A stretch of DNA of 64,000 nucleotides from Candidatus Nomurabacteria bacterium (GCA_963842815.1 CAWJHU010000002.1:44513-108512); one strand, 5' to 3'; positions 27,162 through 36,920 are shown, numbered from the stretch's first letter. The notes: generated from the sequence alone by a model not told the origin. Numbers and translations are program-made.

Positions 27162-29144
27162 ATGGAACTGCACGAACTGCCTAAAAATAAAGAGCTTACG
27201 TATATTGGTTATACTACTTATAGAGATAAAAATCAGCTTTTTGGAATAAAGCGCAAAGACAGGCGCCAGCATGTTTATATTCTCGGAAAGTCCGGCACAG
27301 GTAAATCCGTGCTGATGTTCAACATGGTCATTCAGAATATTCAGAATGGTGATGGAGTCTGTGTCGTTGATCCGCACGGCGAGCTGGTGGAGAGCGTGCT
27401 TTCCGCCATTCCTCCGCACCGAATGAAAGATGTCGTTTATTTTAATCCGGCGGATACGGAATATCACATCGGTTTTAATGTCTTGGAACTCATTGACTCA
27501 AAATACAAACACCTGGTGGCTTCCGGATTGATGGGAATTTTTACAAAAATTTGGGCGAACGCTTGGAGCGCCCGAATGGAATACATTTTAAATAATGCGA
27601 TTTTGGCCTTGCTCGATACCCCGGGAACAACACTTCTCGGTATTCCCCGAATGCTGGTGGACAAAGATTATCGTCAAAAAATAATCACTAATTTAAAAGA
27701 CCCAGTCATTAAGGCTTTTTGGGTGCACGAATATGAAGCTTGGCAAGATAAGTTCCGCAATGAAGCTATCGCGCCGATTCAAAACAAAGTCGGACAATTT
27801 CTTTCCACTTCCATCATCCGCAATATCGTCGGTCAGTCCATAAGCACCATAAATATTTTTGACATTATGAATGAAGGCAAAATCTTCTTGGTAAACGTTT
27901 CCAAGGGGCGCATCGGTGAAGACAATTCCTCGCTTTTGGGAGGCATGATTATTACTAAAATCCAGCTGGCGGCCATGGAACGGGTGCGCATTCCGGAAGA
28001 AAGTCGAAAAGATTTTTATTTATATGTGGATGAATTTCAAAACTTCGTTACTGATGCTTTTGCCGGTATTTTGTCCGAGGCTAGAAAATATCGCTTAAAT
28101 TTAACGGTTGCCCACCAATACACCGCCCAGCTTGTTACCGATAAAAGTTCCAGTGTGCGAGACGCTATTTTCGGCAACGTCGGAACGATGATAGTTTTCA
28201 GAGTTGGCGCCGACGATGCGGAATTTTTAGAAAAAGAATTTGAACCGGAATTTACTCCGCAGGATATTGTGAATCTGCCGAACTTCAAAGTTTATTTGAA
28301 ATTAATGATAGACGGCGTATCTTCTCGTCCATTTTCCGCCAAAACCATTCCGCCCATGGTGAAATCCGGCAACAAAGAAGTGGAGGAAGAAGTCATAAAA
28401 TCTTCCCGCACGCTTTATTGTAGGCCAAGAGAAGTGGTGGAAAGGGAAATAAACGATTGGAGTGGAATGTCCATAGGCGACGACAGCAGTTCCGGCAACA
28501 TGGAAAAATTTCCGGCTATTTGTTCCAATTGTAAAAAAGAGACGATGGTTCCTTTCAAGCCGGAGCCGGGCAGAGCGGTCTATTGCAAAGATTGCATAGC
28601 CAAAATAAAAGCCGGCGAGATAAAACCGGTCGGCGGAATAAAACAAATCAAACAGGATGAAACCAAGTTCTATAAGCCCTTGGCGGATTTAGGTATAGAA
28701 TTTCAACAAAAGGACAGAAGCGTGGTGGATGAAGAAAGATACACGGAAAGAATCAACAAACCCATATTCCATGATTTTGATAAAAAAATTCCGATTCCGG
28801 TGAAAAAAAATCCGATATTTTCAACAATTAAGAAAGTTTTTACCAAAAGTCCTGCACCCCAAAAAACGACTGAAATAAAAGTTCCAAGAGAAAATCCGGG
28901 ACTGAAAGAGGCATTGAATAAAGCATTGGCTCAAAATAAGCCTCCTGTTCCAACTCCCACCCCTCCTTCTATTTCGCTCAATGCTTTAAAGAATGAAAAT
29001 AAAGAAAAATCATCCAAAGACCGTGCAGCCAGCGCCGAAGATATGGACAAATTAAAAAATCTTATCAAAACGTCAGATATGTCTAAAACAAGAGAAGAAA
29101 TAAAAGAAGTACCCGAAGATGTTTTGAAAAAAATTTTGGAATAA
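27162..29144 (+). CDS. FtsK/HerA-superfamily P-loop ATPase, type IV coupling protein (VirD4/TraG/TrwB)-like, with C-terminal zinc ribbon and Lys/Pro-rich tail
   Basis: Walker A YILGKSGTGKS followed by VVDPHGE. Walker B YLYVDEFQNF. The segment ARKYRLNLTVAHQYTAQL resembles the TraG/VirD4 Q-motif region. The C-terminal extension carries CSNC...CKDC. Confidence 0.65.
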   Translation: MELHELPKNKELTYIGYTTYRDKNQLFGIKRKDRRQHVYILGKSGTGKSVLMFNMVIQNIQNGDGVCVVDPHGELVESVLSAIPPHRMKDVVYFNPADTEYHIGFNVLELIDSKYKHLVASGLMGIFTKIWANAWSARMEYILNNAILALLDTPGTTLLGIPRMLVDKDYRQKIITNLKDPVIKAFWVHEYEAWQDKFRNEAIAPIQNKVGQFLSTSIIRNIVGQSISTINIFDIMNEGKIFLVNVSKGRIGEDNSSLLGGMIITKIQLAAMERVRIPEESRKDFYLYVDEFQNFVTDAFAGILSEARKYRLNLTVAHQYTAQLVTDKSSSVRDAIFGNVGTMIVFRVGADDAEFLEKEFEPEFTPQDIVNLPNFKVYLKLMIDGVSSRPFSAKTIPPMVKSGNKEVEEEVIKSSRTLYCRPREVVEREINDWSGMSIGDDSSSGNMEKFPAICSNCKKETMVPFKPEPGRAVYCKDCIAKIKAGEIKPVGGIKQIKQDETKFYKPLADLGIEFQQKDRSVVDEERYTERINKPIFHDFDKKIPIPVKKNPIFSTIKKVFTKSPAPQKTTEIKVPRENPGLKEALNKALAQNKPPVPTPTPPSISLNALKNENKEKSSKDRAASAEDMDKLKNLIKTSDMSKTREEIKEVPEDVLKKILE

Positions 29145-29147
29145 CAA

Positions 29148-30893
29148 ATGAAAAACGAAGTCAGACAATGCCAGAACTGCAAAAAAGACTTCACCATAGA
29201 AACTGAAGATTTTTCTTTCTACCAAAAAATTAAAGTTCCTCCGCCGACCTTTTGTCCGGATTGTCGGACTATTCGGCGTTTATGCTGGCGAAACGAAATG
29301 TGTCTCTATAAAAGAAAATGTGATGCTGAAGGACATGACGAAAATGTCATTACCATTTATCATCCGGATGAAAAACTTGTAGTGTATGACACAAAAAGTT
29401 GGTGGGGAGACAAATGGAATGCTATTGCTTACGGGCGAGAATATAATTTTTCAAAACCATTTTTTGAACAATGGAAAGAATTAAGAGACAGCATCCCATT
29501 GCAAGCTCTTTCAAATTCAAATGCGAAAAACAGCGATTATTGTAATGTGGCAGAAGATAGCAAAGACAGTTATATGTCCTCAGGCTCTTGGAAAATTGAA
29601 AAAACTTTTTATTCAAATAGAATCGGAGATATCAAAGAATCCTCAGACCTTTATGTGATTCATCGCTCGGAACTTTGTTATGATGATATGTTTTGCACGG
29701 ATAGTTATCATCTTTTATATTCTTTAAAATGCAAAAATTGTGTGGATTCGTATTTTCTATACGATTGCCACGGCTGTATAAATTGTCTGGGCTGTACCAG
29801 TCTTCGCAGCAAGTCCTATTGTATGTGGAATGAACAGCTTAGCCGGGAGGAATATCTAAGCCGTTTAGAGAAATTGAATTTAAAAAGTTATAAAACTATC
29901 TTAGAACTGAAAGAAAAATTTAATGAATTTTATTTGAAATCGATTCATCGTTTTGCCAATCAGGTAAAGGTAATAAATTCTACCGGAGATAATATTGAAG
30001 GAACAAAAAATTGCAAAATCTGTTTTGACACATTTGACCGAGTGGAAGACTGTAAATATTCTCATTGGGATATACGCATTAAAGACGCCTATGATTCGGG
30101 TCCAGGAGGAGGAGAGGGAGAATTACTATATGAAGTATTTGATACCGGTTTGGGCAATTTTCGCAATTTGTTTACCAGCGTGGTATATAGTTCCAACGAC
30201 GTTGAATATTCTTTCAATTGCTATGGCTGTTCGTATTTATTCGGATGTATCGGAATTAGGAATAAAAATTATTGCATTTTAAATAAACAGTATAGTAAAG
30301 AAGAATATGAAGCCCTCATTCCAAAAATCAAAGAGCAGATGAATAAAATACCGTATGTCGATAAAAGGGGACTTGTTTATAAGTACGGGGAATTTTTCCC
30401 GGCGGAAATTTCACCATTTTGTTATAACGAGACTCAAGCGCAAGATTATTTTCCCATAACCAAAGAAAAAGCGTTAAAAATGGGGTACAGATGGCGAGAC
30501 AGAAAAATCAGCGATTATGTGACGACCATAGAGGCTATAAATTTGCCGGATAGCTTAGAAGATATCCAGGATTCTATTACGGAAGAAATTATTGGCTGTT
30601 TGCATAAAGGGAAATGTCAGGACCGTTGCCTGGGAGCTTTTAAAATCACAGAAAATGAACTCAGATTATATCGCCAAATCGGAGTGCCTTTACCACGACT
30701 TTGTTTTATTTGCCGCCACGAAGCCCGACTCCGAAAACGCAATCCGATGAAATTATGGCGTCGAACTTGTATGTGTGATAAGAAAAGTCACGAACATGAT
30801 GGTAAATGTAAAAATGAATTTGAAACTAGTTATTCTCCCGACAGACCGGAGATTATTTATTGCGAGAGCTGTTACAATAAGGAAGTGTATTGA
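29148..30893 (+). CDS. cysteine-rich multi-zinc-ribbon repeat protein, paralog 2
   Basis: CQNCKKDFTIETEDFSFYQKIKVPPPTFCPDCRTIRRL. The N-terminal coding sequence is ~80% identical at the nucleotide level to paralog 1. It has the same internal Cys repeats. Confidence 0.6.
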   Translation: MKNEVRQCQNCKKDFTIETEDFSFYQKIKVPPPTFCPDCRTIRRLCWRNEMCLYKRKCDAEGHDENVITIYHPDEKLVVYDTKSWWGDKWNAIAYGREYNFSKPFFEQWKELRDSIPLQALSNSNAKNSDYCNVAEDSKDSYMSSGSWKIEKTFYSNRIGDIKESSDLYVIHRSELCYDDMFCTDSYHLLYSLKCKNCVDSYFLYDCHGCINCLGCTSLRSKSYCMWNEQLSREEYLSRLEKLNLKSYKTILELKEKFNEFYLKSIHRFANQVKVINSTGDNIEGTKNCKICFDTFDRVEDCKYSHWDIRIKDAYDSGPGGGEGELLYEVFDTGLGNFRNLFTSVVYSSNDVEYSFNCYGCSYLFGCIGIRNKNYCILNKQYSKEEYEALIPKIKEQMNKIPYVDKRGLVYKYGEFFPAEISPFCYNETQAQDYFPITKEKALKMGYRWRDRKISDYVTTIEAINLPDSLEDIQDSITEEIIGCLHKGKCQDRCLGAFKITENELRLYRQIGVPLPRLCFICRHEARLRKRNPMKLWRRTCMCDKKSHEHDGKCKNEFETSYSPDRPEIIYCESCYNKEVY

Positions 30894-30896
30894 CCT

Positions 30897-30950
30897 CACC
30901 CTAACCCTCTCCTGCCAGGAGAGGGGAAAAAGCAAAGGGGTGAGGTGGAA
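30897..30950 (+). terminator. GC-rich nested hairpin (possible terminator; no clear T-run)
   Basis: In CCTCACCC-TAACC-CTCTCCTG-cc-AGGAGAGG-GGAAAAAGCAAA-GGGGTGAGG, an outer stem CCTCACCC/GGGTGAGG encloses an inner perfect palindrome CTCTCCTGcCAGGAGAG. It lies 3 nt after the stop of the 29148..30893 gene and is very GC-rich for this genome. Confidence 0.35.
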
Positions 30951-30980
30951 TTTAAGCTGATTTTGTAGTAAAATAGCCAT

Positions 30981-32516
30981 ATGCCGAAGACAAATCGGGT
31001 GCAAATAATCAAATATGGCCCGCCGCCACCGGAATTGCCGGTGTTCGGAAAAGTGAAGCCTGAAGAAGTTTCTTTTATTGGGCGCACGAATTATGTGGCT
31101 TCTCTGGAAGAAAAGAAATTTATTTTTGGCATTAAGCGCATAGATCGCAGGCGCCATCTTTATATTGTCGGCAAGTCCGGCGTTGGCAAAAGCAAATTGC
31201 TTGAACTTTTGATGCGCCAGGATGTGACCTACAATCACGGCTTATGTTTTATTGACCCGCACGGCGATGTGATAGACGCGATGTTGGATTATATCCCAAA
31301 AGAACGCATTGAAGATGTTTGTGTCATAGACCCTGGAGATGTAGATTTTCCCGCATCCTTCAATCCGCTAGCCAATGTTGACCCGATGTTTAAATTTCAA
31401 TTGACCCAAGGTTTGATTGAAGTTCTGCAAAAACAATTCGGAGCCAACTGGACACCTCGTTTGGAACACGTTTTTCGTTTCACTTGTCTTGCCTTGCTTG
31501 ATTATCCGCATGCCACAATGCGCGGGATGATTTCAATGCTGACCGACAGAAATTACAGGCAGAAAGTGGTTGAATATATTACCGACGACATGGTCAAAAG
31601 ATTCTTCGCTATAGAATTCGCCGATTGGTCCGAGAAATTCGATACGGACGCTATTATTCCGCTGGTCAACAAACTCGGACAATTCTTGTCCGACCCGTTG
31701 CTCCGAAATATTTTCGGCCAGAAACAGAATAAAATTGACATAGGCGAACTTATGGAACAGGGCAAATTAATTTTTATAAATCTTTCCAAAGGACGCATCG
31801 GAGAAGAAAATTCCAGTTTCTTCGGTTCAATGTTCTTGACCAAAATAAAACAAGCGGGAATGGAGCGGGCCAGCATTCCGGAAGAAAACCGCGTAGACTT
31901 TTATTTGTATATAGATGAGTTTCATAATATTGTTACCCAGACATTTGAAAATATTTTATCAGAAGCCAGAAAATATGCCTTGAACCTCACTATGGCGCAC
32001 CAATACATTGGTCAGCTTATTCCGCAAGTGCAACACGCGGTGCTCGGGAATACAGGAAGCATTATTTGTTTCAGAGTAGGTGGAGAAGACGCGGTGAAAT
32101 TAAAACCGGAATTTGAACCTTTGTTCGGAGTGAAAGATATGATCAATTTGGCAGTAGCGGAATTTTATATTAAAATGACGATTGATGGGGAATCTTACGA
32201 CCCATTTTCCGCCGAGACTTTACGAGTCTTGCCTCCGACGCATCCATCATACCGAAAAGAAATCATTGAAGCTTCACGCAGAAAGTATTCAATATCCAAA
32301 GATGATGCGCAGAAATTAATAGAAGAGGAGGAGGCTTCCATTATCCGAAGTGCGGAAGAGAAAACCATTATTGAAGGGAAGGGAAAGAAAAAAGAAGATA
32401 AAGAAACAAAAGAAGGCGAAGGAGAATTGGAAGAAGATAAAGTTAACAGACTTGATGAAATTTTAAAGAAAGAAATAAAAAATAAAGTGGGCGGAGAAGC
32501 TGAGCCGATGATATAG
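30981..32516 (+). CDS. FtsK/HerA-superfamily P-loop ATPase, T4CP-like, paralog of 27162..29144
   Basis: [11 protein letters not shown]...IDPHGD, then [10 protein letters not shown] and [18 protein letters not shown]. It is collinear with the other ATPase but lacks the zinc-ribbon tail. The C-terminus is Glu/Lys-rich. Confidence 0.65.
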   Translation: MPKTNRVQIIKYGPPPPELPVFGKVKPEEVSFIGRTNYVASLEEKKFIFGIKRIDRRRHLYIVGKSGVGKSKLLELLMRQDVTYNHGLCFIDPHGDVIDAMLDYIPKERIEDVCVIDPGDVDFPASFNPLANVDPMFKFQLTQGLIEVLQKQFGANWTPRLEHVFRFTCLALLDYPHATMRGMISMLTDRNYRQKVVEYITDDMVKRFFAIEFADWSEKFDTDAIIPLVNKLGQFLSDPLLRNIFGQKQNKIDIGELMEQGKLIFINLSKGRIGEENSSFFGSMFLTKIKQAGMERASIPEENRVDFYLYIDEFHNIVTQTFENILSEARKYALNLTMAHQYIGQLIPQVQHAVLGNTGSIICFRVGGEDAVKLKPEFEPLFGVKDMINLAVAEFYIKMTIDGESYDPFSAETLRVLPPTHPSYRKEIIEASRRKYSISKDDAQKLIEEEEASIIRSAEEKTIIEGKGKKKEDKETKEGEGELEEDKVNRLDEILKKEIKNKVGGEAEPMI

Positions 32517-32521
32517 AAATT

Positions 32522-33190
32522 ATGAGTAAAGATTATTACAACATTTTAGGCGTAAATAAAGGCGCTTCTAAAGACGAAATCAAGAAGGCTTTTTATAAAT
32601 TGGCGCACAAATATCATCCTGATAAAAAAGAAGGCAATGAAGCAAAATTCAAAGAAGTAAACGAAGCTTATCAAGTACTTTCGGATGATGCCAAACGTGC
32701 GAAATACGACCAATTCGGGTCTGGATTTGAGAATATGGGGCAGGGGTACGGCGGAGCCAGACAAGGCGGCTTTAGTGGTTTTGAAGGTTTTGATTTCGGT
32801 AATTTTGCTGGAGGATTCCAAGGTAACAGTGGCGTGGATTTTGATTTTGGCGACCTGAACGATATTTTCAGCAGTTTTTTTACCGGAGGCAGGGGAGGGT
32901 TTACCAGAACTCCACGCGGACGAGATATGCAGACGGAATTGCAGATTTCTTTAATAGATTCTCTTTTGGGGGCGGAAAAGAAAATAATAGTGAGTGGAAA
33001 TAGGGAAGTAATCATAAAAATTCCTGCCGGCATTCAAAATAATCAGACTCTCAAGATGACCGGCTATGGCGAGACCATAAAAAATGGCAAAGCCGGCGAT
33101 TTATATATAAAAATAATTATAAAAATACCGAATAAGATTTCCAAAAAAGCCCGCGAACTTTTGGAGGAGCTTAAAAAAGAGGGGATATAG
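32522..33190 (+). CDS. dnaJ: minimal DnaJ-like co-chaperone (J domain, G/F-rich region, single C-terminal beta domain; no zinc finger)
   Basis: [33 protein letters not shown] (contains the HPD motif). A Gly/Phe-rich linker follows. The C-terminal ~90 aa resemble DnaJ CTD-II. There is no CxxCxGxG repeat. 222 aa. Confidence 0.75.
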   Translation: MSKDYYNILGVNKGASKDEIKKAFYKLAHKYHPDKKEGNEAKFKEVNEAYQVLSDDAKRAKYDQFGSGFENMGQGYGGARQGGFSGFEGFDFGNFAGGFQGNSGVDFDFGDLNDIFSSFFTGGRGGFTRTPRGRDMQTELQISLIDSLLGAEKKIIVSGNREVIIKIPAGIQNNQTLKMTGYGETIKNGKAGDLYIKIIIKIPNKISKKARELLEELKKEGI

Positions 33191-33220
33191 AACCATACTC
33201 AATATAAGCGATAGCAGAAT

Positions 33221-34942
33221 TTGAGTATTGATAAAAATATGAAAAGTGAAACTAAAAATTGTCAGAATTGCAAAAAAGATTTTACAATAGAACCTGAAGA
33301 TTTTAAATTCTACGAAAAAATCAATGTTCCTCCTCCGACCTGGTGCCCAGAATGCAGACGCATTAGACGTCTCTCATTCCAAAATTCTTGGAATTTAAAT
33401 TGGCGTAATTGTGACAAATGCGGGAAGAGGATGCTTTCTGTGTATGGGCCGGAAATAAAAAATATAATTTGGTGTTTAGATTGTTGGTGGAATGATACCT
33501 GGGATGGCACTGAGTATGCGATGGATTATAATCCTTCACGTCCTTTTTTGGAACAAGTAAAAGAGTTAAGTAATAGAACACCTTTTTCATCACTGCAAAG
33601 TGCACATACCACATTAAAAAACTCAGCTTATACAAATGAAGTAGGGTGGAGTAAAGATTGTTACTTAGTTTTTTGGGCGGATTATTGTGAAGGTGTTTAC
33701 TATTCTTCTATTTTAAATGCTTTAAAATATAGTGCAGATTGTCTTCGAGCACTTGATTCAGAGCTTTGTTATGAATCTATAGGTGTAAAAAAATGTTATC
33801 AAACTTTTTTTTCAGAGGAGTGTGATAATTGCGTAGATGTTTATTTTTCTCGTAATTGTTATAGTTGTACAAATTGCATTGGATGTGTGAATCTTCGTGG
33901 AGCCATAAATTATATTTTCAACGTAAAATATAGTAAAGAAGAATATGTAGAAAAATTAAAAGAACTAAAAATTGACTCATGGGAAAGTTTACAAAAATTA
34001 AAACAGAAAGCACAAAAATTTTGGCTTACTAAACCATATAGAGAATACTCAGGCAACTCTTTAAATTTTAATGTGACGGGTGAATATGTTTATGAATCAA
34101 AAAATTCTAAGAACTTATATATTTGTGATGGTGCTGAAGATTGTAAATGGACCGAACTGATAACTGTAAAAACTGCAAAAGATTGTATAGATTATTCTGG
34201 ATGGGGGAATAATTCTTCTTTGATTTATGAATGTGTGAACGTTGGTGAAAATGTGAACTCTGCTTACTTTTCTTTATATAGTTGGTTGGATTGTGTAAAT
34301 ATACAATATTGCTACTGGTCTATGTCTGGGAAAAATAATTTCGGTTGTGTAAATTTGAAAAGAAAGCAATATTGTATTTTAAACAAAGAATATTCAAAAG
34401 ATGAATATGAAAAACTAAAAGCAAAAATTATAGAAGATATGAAAAAAAATCCCTATGTAGATAAACTCGGACGTATATTTAGCTACGGAGAATTTTTTCC
34501 ACTTGAATTTGGTAAATTTCCTTACAATAAATCAAATGCTATGCGTTTCTTTCCAAAAACAAAAGAGCAAGCACTTATTGAAGGATATTATTGGGGAGAA
34601 ACAGAAAATCTTGGGTATCCAATTTCAATAAAATCTTCTTCTTTACCAGATACTATAAAAGAAACGAGTGAGTTAATTTTAAACGAAACCATAGGATGTT
34701 CTGTTTGTAACCGTGCATACAAAATTACTAAAGGGGAAATTGATCTTTTACGTAAAATGAATTTACCCCTTCCTCATGAATGTCCTAAGTGTAGGGAAAA
34801 TAAGCGATTTTCTAGATTAAACTTGCCAAAGCTTTATAAAAGAATTTGTGCAAAATGTAAAAAAGAAATTAATACAGCCTTTTCTCCCGATCATCCAGAA
34901 ATAGTTTACTGTGTAAAATGTTACCAACAAGAATTTTCTTAA
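33221..34942 (+). CDS. cysteine-rich multi-zinc-ribbon repeat protein, paralog 3
   Basis: CQNCKKDFTIEPEDFKFYEKINVPPPTWCPECRRIRRL. It has the same architecture as paralogs 1 and 2. Confidence 0.6.
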   Translation: MSIDKNMKSETKNCQNCKKDFTIEPEDFKFYEKINVPPPTWCPECRRIRRLSFQNSWNLNWRNCDKCGKRMLSVYGPEIKNIIWCLDCWWNDTWDGTEYAMDYNPSRPFLEQVKELSNRTPFSSLQSAHTTLKNSAYTNEVGWSKDCYLVFWADYCEGVYYSSILNALKYSADCLRALDSELCYESIGVKKCYQTFFSEECDNCVDVYFSRNCYSCTNCIGCVNLRGAINYIFNVKYSKEEYVEKLKELKIDSWESLQKLKQKAQKFWLTKPYREYSGNSLNFNVTGEYVYESKNSKNLYICDGAEDCKWTELITVKTAKDCIDYSGWGNNSSLIYECVNVGENVNSAYFSLYSWLDCVNIQYCYWSMSGKNNFGCVNLKRKQYCILNKEYSKDEYEKLKAKIIEDMKKNPYVDKLGRIFSYGEFFPLEFGKFPYNKSNAMRFFPKTKEQALIEGYYWGETENLGYPISIKSSSLPDTIKETSELILNETIGCSVCNRAYKITKGEIDLLRKMNLPLPHECPKCRENKRFSRLNLPKLYKRICAKCKKEINTAFSPDHPEIVYCVKCYQQEFS

Positions 34943-34951
34943 ATTTAATTT

Positions 34952-35536
34952 ATGCTTCCTGAGAATATAATTTTTGTCGGAGTTATATTAAGTTTAATAG
35001 CCTCCTTTTTCTATATTAGAAATATTTTTTATGGAAGCACAAAGCCGAATTTAGTTTCTTGGTTTATTTGGATGCTTGCGCCTTTTATTGGAGTATTTTT
35101 TCAATTAAAAGCAGGAGCTAGTCTTTCTGTTTTGCCAACATTTATGGCAGGTTTCGGACCCCTTTTGGTGATAATCTTTTCTTTATGGAATAAGAACGCT
35201 TATTGGAAAATAGAAAAATTAGATATAATTTGTGGAATATTTTCTTTTTTAGCTTTAATACTTTATATATTTACACACAATTTAGGAGTGTCGGTTCTTT
35301 TTGCAATAATTAGTGATGGGTTAGCAGCTATACCAACTCTCGCAAAATCTTGGAAATTTCCAGAAACTGAAACAGCAGCTCCTTATTTGACAGGCATCTT
35401 TAATAATATTTTAGGCTTATTTATTATAAAAAATTGGATCTTTTCTATTTACTCTTTCAGTGTTTATTTTATTATAATAAATATAGCAATATCTTTTTGT
35501 ATTTATCACAAAAGAATTTTTAAACAGGCAATTTAA
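34952..35536 (+). CDS. integral membrane protein, hypothetical
   Basis: 194 aa with ~5 TM helices. Confidence 0.45.
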   Translation: MLPENIIFVGVILSLIASFFYIRNIFYGSTKPNLVSWFIWMLAPFIGVFFQLKAGASLSVLPTFMAGFGPLLVIIFSLWNKNAYWKIEKLDIICGIFSFLALILYIFTHNLGVSVLFAIISDGLAAIPTLAKSWKFPETETAAPYLTGIFNNILGLFIIKNWIFSIYSFSVYFIIINIAISFCIYHKRIFKQAI

Positions 35537-36912
35537 ATTTTATTTATTTTATATCCATCGGAAGAATCTTTTACTTCATATCCTAAGGAATTTATTTTAT
35601 CTCGCAACTCATCGGACTTTTTGAAATCTTTATTTTTGCGTGCTTCTTCGCGCTCTTCCGCTAATTTTTTTATTTCTTTTGGAATCACGTCTTCCTTTAG
35701 ATTTTCAAAACCTAATCCGAAAACTTTATCAAAATCAAGAACGGTTGCCTTTCTGTCGGCAGGGGAAATTTTTTCATCTTTTATTACATCCCAAAGGAGG
35801 GATAAAGCCCGCGGAGTGTCCAGGTCATCCTCTATGTATTCTTTGAACTTTTGCTGATAAAGAGGACTAACTTTCCCAACAGCCTCCCCAAGCTCCATAT
35901 AGAGCTTATAGAGGCGTTTTAGGGCTATTTCAGAGCCTTCTATGACCTCCCAGCTGAAGTTTACCTTGGTATGATAACTAGCCATTAAAAGCCAAAAACG
36001 GTACGAAATGGGGTCTATTCCTTTATCCAAAAGACTTTTAATTTGCAGAAAATTGCCGGTGGATTTTGCCATTTTTTCGCCTCCGGTGTCCACAAATTCA
36101 CTATGCATCCAAAATTTTACAAAAGGTTTTTTACCGGTGGCACATTCAGATTGGGCAATTTCATTGGTGTGATGCGTAGGAATAAGGTCAATGCCTCCGG
36201 TGTGAATATCAAATTGCTCGCCGAGAAATTTTATGCCCATGGCCGAACATTCAATATGCCAGCCGGGAAAACCTTTTCCCCAAGAAGATTCAAAGCCGAT
36301 TTTTGAATTAAATTTCCAAAGTGCAAAATCTTCCGGATTTTTTTTCTCTGAATTTTCCACAATTCTTGCTCCTTCTTTGTTCCAATCTCTTTTTCCACCC
36401 CAAAGCACCCCATAGTCGGGCATTTTGGATGTGTCAAAATAAATTCCATCGCTTGTTTTGTATGTATATCCTTTATCTTCTAATTTTTTTACCAAAGCGA
36501 TATCTTCTTTTACATAATCGCTGGCAAAATACATTCCGGTAGGTTTTTCAACGTTCAGTGTTTTTAAATCTTCTCTAAAACTTTTTGTATAAAATTCTGC
36601 CAGTTCCCGCATGTTTTTTAAGGTTAATTCTTTTCCTTCCCGCAAAAGTCCCTTGGTCATTTTATCTTCACCTGAATCCGCATCACTGGAAAGATGTCCG
36701 ATGTCCGTGATGTTCATTATTTGTTTTACTTTAAGCCCCTCATATCGAAGAATACGGCACAAAATATCTGCGAAAATATAAGAACGCAGATTGCCTATAT
36801 GGGTATAATTATAAACCGTCGGTCCGCAGGAATACATCCGGACTTCATTTTTGTCTATGGGAGTAAAAATTTCTTTTTCCCTGGTCAGAGTGTTGTAAAA
36901 TTTTAAGGGCAT
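35533..36912 (-). CDS. cysS: cysteine--tRNA ligase
   Basis: N-terminal YSCGPTVYNYTHIGNLRSY (HIGH region), a KMAKSTGN (KMSKS-like) motif, and a zinc-binding Cys. Confidence 0.93.
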   Translation of the reverse strand: MPLKFYNTLTREKEIFTPIDKNEVRMYSCGPTVYNYTHIGNLRSYIFADILCRILRYEGLKVKQIMNITDIGHLSSDADSGEDKMTKGLLREGKELTLKNMRELAEFYTKSFREDLKTLNVEKPTGMYFASDYVKEDIALVKKLEDKGYTYKTSDGIYFDTSKMPDYGVLWGGKRDWNKEGARIVENSEKKNPEDFALWKFNSKIGFESSWGKGFPGWHIECSAMGIKFLGEQFDIHTGGIDLIPTHHTNEIAQSECATGKKPFVKFWMHSEFVDTGGEKMAKSTGNFLQIKSLLDKGIDPISYRFWLLMASYHTKVNFSWEVIEGSEIALKRLYKLYMELGEAVGKVSPLYQQKFKEYIEDDLDTPRALSLLWDVIKDEKISPADRKATVLDFDKVFGLGFENLKEDVIPKEIKKLAEEREEARKNKDFKKSDELRDKINSLGYEVKDSSDGYKINKI

Positions 36913-36920
36913 ATGATTAA

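Noticed and set aside
30905-30915. CCCTAACCCT resembling a telomeric CCCTAA unit
   Set aside because: It is a single partial unit inside a palindromic hairpin, so the resemblance is coincidental.
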